Shown in pieces: positions 6,614-12,266 of a stretch of DNA of 12,266 nt. Under the pieces are notes generated by a model, which had not been told where the DNA came from, did no database searches, and saw nothing but the letters and a program-made list of their open reading frames with translations. This stretch comes from Pseudomonadota bacterium (GTDB lineage: Bacteria; UBA10199; 2-02-FULL-44-16; JAAZCA01). The number at the start of each line of letters is the position of its first letter. Position 1 is the stretch's first letter. The position numbers and the translations under genes are program-made. Where the stretch lies: assembly GCA_043822785.1 (NCBI GenBank), contig JBDRBN010000103.1:1-12266 (forward strand), given 5' to 3'.

Positions 6614-8080
6614 ATGGCTGAAATTAGATCAAAGGTCGCTTCGGTTCCATCTGGCAGGGACGTTTCTACTGCCCCTGTCAATGGAGATCCCACACCTCCT
6701 TCGGAAGAACGCGCAGTAGCTGATGGCACAGAATCCAGCTATCATCATGTAGAACGTCCTACGCCTCCTCCTGTCAAAAGTGGAGTCAGCCTTACCAGCA
6801 GCGCTGCGAGATTTAGGGACGAAGTTCTGCCACGTGATTGGGTACCGCTTGAACAAGTACCCAAAGATGTTCGTGAGCTGGTTAGGGTGGCAAGAAATCA
6901 TACTAATCTTATCCGTGATAGCCGTTCTAAAGGCGGCCTTCCAGCTAATGGTTATAAAACAGCTCGTGGATGGGAGAGCGGTCGATTGCAAAAAAGTCCT
7001 TTGCGCGATTTTTTAGTAGATGGAACCATAAGAGATTCGCAAAGAAATCCTCCTCATAAATTTTGGCCTGATCTACGATATAAACTCTTCAGGGTTGGTA
7101 TAGATGAAAATGGTAAGAGGATACGAGTTGATGAACCTGTTTGGCTTATAAATTTGATAAGGCCTGTAATTGAAAAAGAGCAAGGATGGAAGCCTATCGA
7201 TAAAGTGCCGGAACATGTACGTGGGCTTGTAGGGTTGGCAAGGGAAAGAGCCATAGAACTCTACGGCGGCAGAGTTCCACGCCAGCGCATAAAAACAGTT
7301 GATGGATGGGAGAGGAATCAACTGCAGTTTGATTATATTCATAACTTTCTTGTGGATGGAACCTTGGGAGATTCACCTCATAGATTCTGGCCTGATATGC
7401 GGCAAATTCTCTTTGAGATAGATATGAATGAATATGGCGATTGGGTGCGAGTAAAAGAGCCTGACGATCTCATGGATCTGATAAAGCCTATCATTGAGAA
7501 AGAAGAAGGATGGTTGCCAATTGTTCAGGTGCCCAAAGAAGTGAGTGAGCTTGTGCGATTGGTGAGGGATAGGGCGATAAGCCTTTTTGGCGGGAGGCTG
7601 CCAAACCAGGGTTTTAAAGTGGATGGTCGCACTAGGGGTTCTCTACAGAAAAGTCCTTTTCGGCAGCTTCTTATTGATGGAACCATAAAGTATTCTAATA
7701 GAACTAGTCCATCAGTGTATTGGAGGAAGTGCGCTGAATTGTTCTTTGGTCTCGAGCGGTTATCAGCTGGAAAATATCGTCGCACCAAAATATTAAAAGA
7801 ACATGTAACGATGCTTGCACATATGCAAAGGCAAGGTGAGAGGGTATGGAGAGATGCGATGGGAAATGGCAGCAGAAGTTTTGTCGTTTATCATCCTGGC
7901 ACTGAACCTTCTGCATCACCTGAGCTGCCAGCGGGATCGTTCACCGGAATAGACGGAACCTTTGCATCCTGCGATCCCGTTCATGATCCTCTCATGGTCG
8001 GAGCCATGGGAGTGAGCACTCCGCTTCCAATGATTGGGCCGTTGATCTCCATGATGGGCATAGGTATGCCTGTTTGTTAA
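6614..8080 (+). CDS. Hypothetical protein with three tandem ~110-aa repeats
   Basis: Open frame from 6590, with ATG 6614 preferred because it lies just downstream of the promoter motif. Three repeats share WxP[LI]xxVPxxVxxLV, LQ, L[VI]DGT and P-x-x-[FY]W. Confidence 0.85.
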   Translation: MAEIRSKVASVPSGRDVSTAPVNGDPTPPSEERAVADGTESSYHHVERPTPPPVKSGVSLTSSAARFRDEVLPRDWVPLEQVPKDVRELVRVARNHTNLIRDSRSKGGLPANGYKTARGWESGRLQKSPLRDFLVDGTIRDSQRNPPHKFWPDLRYKLFRVGIDENGKRIRVDEPVWLINLIRPVIEKEQGWKPIDKVPEHVRGLVGLARERAIELYGGRVPRQRIKTVDGWERNQLQFDYIHNFLVDGTLGDSPHRFWPDMRQILFEIDMNEYGDWVRVKEPDDLMDLIKPIIEKEEGWLPIVQVPKEVSELVRLVRDRAISLFGGRLPNQGFKVDGRTRGSLQKSPFRQLLIDGTIKYSNRTSPSVYWRKCAELFFGLERLSAGKYRRTKILKEHVTMLAHMQRQGERVWRDAMGNGSRSFVVYHPGTEPSASPELPAGSFTGIDGTFASCDPVHDPLMVGAMGVSTPLPMIGPLISMMGIGMPVC

Positions 8081-8096
8081 TCAGTTGCCTTTTTAA

Positions 8097-10577
8097 ATGT
8101 TCCTGCTACAAGCCCCTTCCGTGCGACCGGAAATACGCGAAATACTGGCATCGGTGAGCAAGCCTCATCGCTATTTAGGTGGCGAAGTTGGCTCTGTTGA
8201 GCGCAATTGGGATCTGGCTGATGTGCGGGTGTGCTTAGCCTTTCCTGAGGTGTATGAGCTTGGCATGAGCCACCTTGGGTTATCAATACTCTACCACATC
8301 ATAAATAGCGAACCAGGCATGCTTGCAGAGAGGGTCTTTGCTCCATGGTCAGATATGGAGGAGGAACTCAAAAAACGTAATCTACCCCTCTTCACCCTTG
8401 AGTCACATCGGCCTCTTTCTGACTTTGATGTCGTTGGGGTGAGCCTTGCCTATGAGCTTACATATACCAATGTGCTGGGCATGCTTTCGCTATCTGGAAT
8501 CCCGTTGAGAGCTGCGCACAGAGGTGAGGACGATCCGCTTATCATCGCTGGTGGTCCTTGTACCTTTAATCCAGAGCCCATGGCGCCGTTTTTCGATGCG
8601 ATCGTGATTGGCGATGGCGAACATGCGGTTTTGGAAATTGCAAAAATGCTGCGAGATGCAAAAAGCAAAGGCTTATCCAGAACCAAACTTCTAAATTCGC
8701 TTTCGCGAGTGAAGGGCGTGTATGTGCCGTCGGCCGGCGACTCTAAAGCAAAAGTGCGTATGGCCAAGGTGATAAGCCTGGAAGCAGCAAATTTCCCACA
8801 AAGGCCCATAAGCGCATATGCTGCCACACAGGAGCGAGTGGCGGTTGAGGTTGCACGCGGCTGCGCGCGGGGATGCAGGTTTTGCCAAGCGGGTTTTACG
8901 TATCGACCTGTTAGGCAGCGAACGCAAAGGCTGGCTGCACAAATAGCAAGCCAGGGATTAAGGGCTACGGGTCATGATGACTTTTCTTTTCTCTCTTTAT
9001 CCATAGGCGACTGGATGCCGCTTGAATCTGCGCTTTCAGATGTGCACGTAAGCTGCGACGGCTTGCCGGTGAATGCAGCCCTTCCCAGCTTAAGGGTAGA
9101 GGCGCTTACCACGCAGGTCTTGCACGCGTTGGGTAATGCCCGTTCAGGAAGCTTTACCCTTGCGCCAGAGGCGGCGACAGAGCGCATGAGAAGTTTTATA
9201 AACAAGGGCAATACTGATGAGGATCTTTATGCTTCTGTGAAAAAAGTTTTCTCCATGGGTTGGCAGGCCATAAAGTTATATTTCATGGTAGGCCTGCCTG
9301 GCGAGACAGATGATGATATAGATAACATTGCTACGATTGCAAAGCGCTGCCTCAATATAGGCAGAAAATTTCACAAACATCCAAATGTCACAGTCTCCAC
9401 TTCTACATTTGTCCCCAAGCCGCACACGCCCTTTCAATGGGAACGGCAGATCTCTATAGATGAGACACTTGCGCGGCAAAAAACGCTCAAAAGAATTCTG
9501 AGAGGTCCAGGTCTTTTCTATCGCTGGCACAGTGCTGAGATGAGTTATTTGGAAGGGGTGCTTTCTCGCGGAGGCCGGGAACTTGCGGACGTTATCGAAA
9601 ACGCCTACAAAAAGGGTGCGCGCTTTGATGGATGGGATGAGTGTTTCAATCTTAACTTATGGTGCGATGCATTTTCTGAAACCGATATCAATCCTGATGA
9701 TTATCTTAAAGCAAGACAACCGGCTGAGAGTTTTCCTTGGGATCTTGGCATTGGACCTTCTCGCGAGTTTTTGTGGCGTGAACGAGAACGCGCTTATGAT
9801 CATGTGCTAACCCATGATTGTACGCGCGGAGCGTGCACAGGGTGTGGGATATGTGAACCTGATAAGGGACTGGTGAATCGGGTTGCTACACAAACGCGAG
9901 AAACGCGAGAAATGCGAGAAACGCGAGAAACGACAAACAAGAGGTTTCGTTACCGGGTGCGGTTCAGCAAGCTGGGGCGGGCGAGCTTTTTAGGACAGGT
10001 TGAAACGCTGGATGTGCTGAGGAGAGGTTTTAGATCATCAGGACTGCCACTTGCGTATTCAGAGGGGTATCATCCCCGCGCGCGCATTTCCTCAGGTCCA
10101 GCTTTACCCGCGGGTATAGAGAGCCTAGCTGAGTATGTAGATATTGAGTTAGTAGCAGAGCTAAATCCAAGAGAGATTGCTAAAAAAGTGCGTGGCTGCG
10201 TATCATCTGGCATTTTAATAGAGGATGCGTGGGCACTTGATGAGAAAGCCTCATCGATCGAAGATTCCATAGCGAGCATTCTTTATGAAATCGATACTTC
10301 CTCCTTAGATGAGTCCTGTGGGCGTTACTTTGAACGCTTAAGGGCCGGCAAGCCCATAATCTACAACAGAATCCGGAAGGGAAAAGCCCAAGAGGTCGAT
10401 TTGAGGGACTATGTCGCGGAGCTTGCGGTTCATAAACCAGGTGTGCTACGCATGGGCGTTTCAAAACTAAAGCCTGCACTTAAAATTTTTGAGATAGTTG
10501 AGGGCGTCTTAAGTATCTCAGAGGATAAGGCAAGGAAGATGCGAATAAGGAAGATAGAATGCCTAATGAACTCATAA
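8097..10577 (+). CDS. TIGR03960-type B12-binding-like radical SAM protein fused to a TIGR03936/DUF2344 radical SAM-linked domain
   Basis: KPHRYLGGE, FPEVYELGMSHLG, AERVFAPW, GGPCTFNPEP, VARGCARGCRFCQAG (CxxxCxxC at 8862-8885), FVPKPHTPFQW, GARFDGW and CTRGACTGCGIC. C-terminal RYRVRFSKLGRASFLGQ...LAYSEGYHPRARIS...ESLAEYVDI. The true start may be GTG 8121. Confidence 0.92.
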   Translation: MFLLQAPSVRPEIREILASVSKPHRYLGGEVGSVERNWDLADVRVCLAFPEVYELGMSHLGLSILYHIINSEPGMLAERVFAPWSDMEEELKKRNLPLFTLESHRPLSDFDVVGVSLAYELTYTNVLGMLSLSGIPLRAAHRGEDDPLIIAGGPCTFNPEPMAPFFDAIVIGDGEHAVLEIAKMLRDAKSKGLSRTKLLNSLSRVKGVYVPSAGDSKAKVRMAKVISLEAANFPQRPISAYAATQERVAVEVARGCARGCRFCQAGFTYRPVRQRTQRLAAQIASQGLRATGHDDFSFLSLSIGDWMPLESALSDVHVSCDGLPVNAALPSLRVEALTTQVLHALGNARSGSFTLAPEAATERMRSFINKGNTDEDLYASVKKVFSMGWQAIKLYFMVGLPGETDDDIDNIATIAKRCLNIGRKFHKHPNVTVSTSTFVPKPHTPFQWERQISIDETLARQKTLKRILRGPGLFYRWHSAEMSYLEGVLSRGGRELADVIENAYKKGARFDGWDECFNLNLWCDAFSETDINPDDYLKARQPAESFPWDLGIGPSREFLWRERERAYDHVLTHDCTRGACTGCGICEPDKGLVNRVATQTRETREMRETRETTNKRFRYRVRFSKLGRASFLGQVETLDVLRRGFRSSGLPLAYSEGYHPRARISSGPALPAGIESLAEYVDIELVAELNPREIAKKVRGCVSSGILIEDAWALDEKASSIEDSIASILYEIDTSSLDESCGRYFERLRAGKPIIYNRIRKGKAQEVDLRDYVAELAVHKPGVLRMGVSKLKPALKIFEIVEGVLSISEDKARKMRIRKIECLMNS
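9892..9932 (+). repeat. In-frame 9-bp tandem repeat (AAACGCGAG)x4.5 in the interdomain linker
   Basis: AAACGCGAG AAACGCGAG AAATGCGAG AAACGCGAG AAACG, encoding TRETREMRETRET. Confidence 0.9.
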
Positions 10578-12082
10578 TAAATGTAACTCTTGGCGAGACG
10601 CGAGTTGCCAGGCTTGAGAATGGCGTGGTCACAGAGCTTACCATCGAGCGCAAGCGCGAAGGCGGCATTGTAGGAAACATCTACAAGGGTAAAGTCGTAC
10701 GGGTAATGCCAGGTATGCAAGCTGCGTTTGTGGATATTGGTCTTGATAGGACTGCATTTCTTCACGCATCGGATGTGGTAAAGGATCTGCGCGGCTATGA
10801 TGAGGAAGGCGCGGAAAAACCTTCTGCTCTTAAAGATGTAGATATTCCAACAAAGGCCAAACCCAGTCGTGCAGAAAGAAACATTGAGAATATACTGAAA
10901 GATGGCAAAGAGATTTTAGTACAGGTGGAGAAGGAGCCTCTCGGAACAAAAGGTGCCAGGGTTACATCTCATGTATCGCTTCCTGGCAGATATCTGGTCT
11001 ACATGCCCACCATCGATCATGTTGGAGTGTCCAGGCGCATAGGCGATCATGCTGAGCGCATGCGTCTTAAGGATATGATCCAAAAACTTCGCAAAGGAAG
11101 CGGCGGCTTTATAGTGAGAACTGTGTCGTCAGGCGTAACTGACCGCGAGTTCAGCGACGATGTGAGCTACCTGACCAGGACGTGGACAGATGTCGAGAAG
11201 AACGCTGGCGGATTAAAGGCGCCAGCGCTCGTTCACGCTGAGCTGGACGTTTTGTCTAGAGTAGTGCGCGACCTGTTTACGCCAGACATAGATCGGGTGG
11301 TCGTGGATTCAAAAGCAGCGTACGATCATATCTGTGATTTTATCTCTACATTTATGTCCAAAGGCAGAAAGGCTGTGGAGATATATGAAGGCGAAGAACC
11401 CATATTCGACGCCTTTGGAATTGAGATCGAAATCACGCGTGCGCTCGGTCATAAAGTTTGGCTCAAGAGTGGTGGGTATATCATCATAGAACAGACTGAA
11501 GCTCTTACAGCCATTGACGTCAACACCGGCCGATTTGTTGGCAGACGAAAAGTAGAAGACACAATTCTCAAGACAAATCTCGAGGCAGTAAAAGAGATCG
11601 TATATCAGCTAAGGCTAAGGGGTATAGGCGGCATCATCATTATAGACTTCATCGACATGGAGCGGGCTGCAGATCGCACCAAGGTATACAATACCCTGAA
11701 AGAGGCGTTAAAGAGCGACCGTGCGCGCACCACCATTAGCAAAATCTCGGAGCTCGGGCTTGTAGAGATGACGCGCAAGCGCACGCGCGAGGATCTACGG
11801 AGACAGCTCACCAACACCTGCCCCTATTGCGAGGGCAAGGGGTGCCTTAAGAGCCCCACCACTATATGTTATGAGATATTCCGCGAGATCTGCCGCGAGG
11901 CGCCAGAGATAAAGACTAAGCAGATTATCGTTTGCTGCCATCCGTCTGTTGCGGATGCTCTTTACGATGAGGAGCGAGCAGGGCTCGAGGAGCTTGAAGA
12001 GCGATTTAAGAGGCGCATCCAGATAAAGAGCATCGCCGACTACCACGTAGAGCAGTATGATGTCCTGGAGAAGGAAAAATAA
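10559..12082 (+). CDS. rng: Rne/Rng family endoribonuclease (RNase G-like, 507 aa)
   Basis: S1 domain GNIYKGKVVRVMPGMQAAFVDIG, KEPLGTKGAR, LKSGGYIIIEQTEALTAIDVNTG, GGIIIIDFIDM, GLVEMTRKR and Zn-link CPYCEGKG. No long degradosome-scaffold tail. Overlaps the upstream gene by 19 nt. Confidence 0.93.
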   Translation: MPNELIINVTLGETRVARLENGVVTELTIERKREGGIVGNIYKGKVVRVMPGMQAAFVDIGLDRTAFLHASDVVKDLRGYDEEGAEKPSALKDVDIPTKAKPSRAERNIENILKDGKEILVQVEKEPLGTKGARVTSHVSLPGRYLVYMPTIDHVGVSRRIGDHAERMRLKDMIQKLRKGSGGFIVRTVSSGVTDREFSDDVSYLTRTWTDVEKNAGGLKAPALVHAELDVLSRVVRDLFTPDIDRVVVDSKAAYDHICDFISTFMSKGRKAVEIYEGEEPIFDAFGIEIEITRALGHKVWLKSGGYIIIEQTEALTAIDVNTGRFVGRRKVEDTILKTNLEAVKEIVYQLRLRGIGGIIIIDFIDMERAADRTKVYNTLKEALKSDRARTTISKISELGLVEMTRKRTREDLRRQLTNTCPYCEGKGCLKSPTTICYEIFREICREAPEIKTKQIIVCCHPSVADALYDEERAGLEELEERFKRRIQIKSIADYHVEQYDVLEKEK

Positions 12083-12113
12083 AACTACGCAAGCAAGGCC
12101 AGCAACGTTGATT

Positions 12114-12151
12114 CCCTCCCCTCTGTGAGACTGTGTCGCAATAGGGGAGGG
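12114..12151 (+). terminator. GC-rich stem-loop downstream of rng (possible terminator or REP-like hairpin)
   Basis: CCCTCCCCT (12114-12122) pairs with AGGGGAGGG (12143-12151), with an inner imperfect stem TGAGAC/GTCGCA. No clear poly-U tail. Confidence 0.45.
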
Positions 12152-12250
12152 TTCAAAGTTCTTTGACAAAAAAATATGAGAGGGCAGTGGAAAGCAATGC
12201 TTCAATATATTAATGATATGCTATAGTTTTTTTCCGAAAGGAGCAAGGTT

Positions 12251-12266
12251 ATGGCATATCGATGCG
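12251..12266 (+). CDS. 5' end of a gene truncated by the window (MAYRC...), possibly ribosomal protein bL28
   Basis: AAGGAG SD at 12238-12243, ATG 12251, and an extended -10-like TGcTATAGT at 12219-12227. MAxxC resembles the bL28 N-terminus, but only 5 codons are visible. Confidence 0.4.

Noticed and set aside
8069..8080. C-terminal Cys of the repeat protein as a CaaX prenylation motif
   Set aside because: The Cys is the last residue (MPVC), not fourth from the end.
12163..12168. Perfect TTGACA -35 hexamer
   Set aside because: No -10-like hexamer lies 16-18 nt downstream. The TGcTATAGT box is too far away to pair with it.
11795..12205. 136-aa minus-strand ORF
   Set aside because: It is mostly antisense to rng and has no recognisable features.

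Overview
Bacterial chromosomal window, about 12.3 kb, gene-dense and probably from a deltaproteobacterial-type lineage (inference from the fused radical SAM gene directly upstream of an RNase G gene). Housekeeping genes: ychF (-), rimO (+), a fused TIGR03960/TIGR03936-type radical SAM protein (+) and an RNase G/E-family nuclease (+). Accessory genes: an IPT/TIG plus beta-propeller lipoprotein, a stand-alone atypical polysaccharide pyruvyl transferase, and a divergent pair of orphan ORFs. The orphan pair is the most interesting part. Both genes are preceded by the same bipartite motif, CGCAAC-N16-CGATAA, which looks like a sigma-28-type -10 box with a non-canonical -35. One of the two encodes a protein with three tandem ~110-aa repeats that I do not recognise, a Pro/Ser-rich N-terminus and a Met/Gly/Pro-rich hydrophobic tail. 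The window also holds two copies of a REP/RPE-like palindromic element (one supplies the rimO stop codon), two microsatellites and several apparently leaderless genes. No rRNA, tRNA, CRISPR array or transposase was found. No database searches were run.
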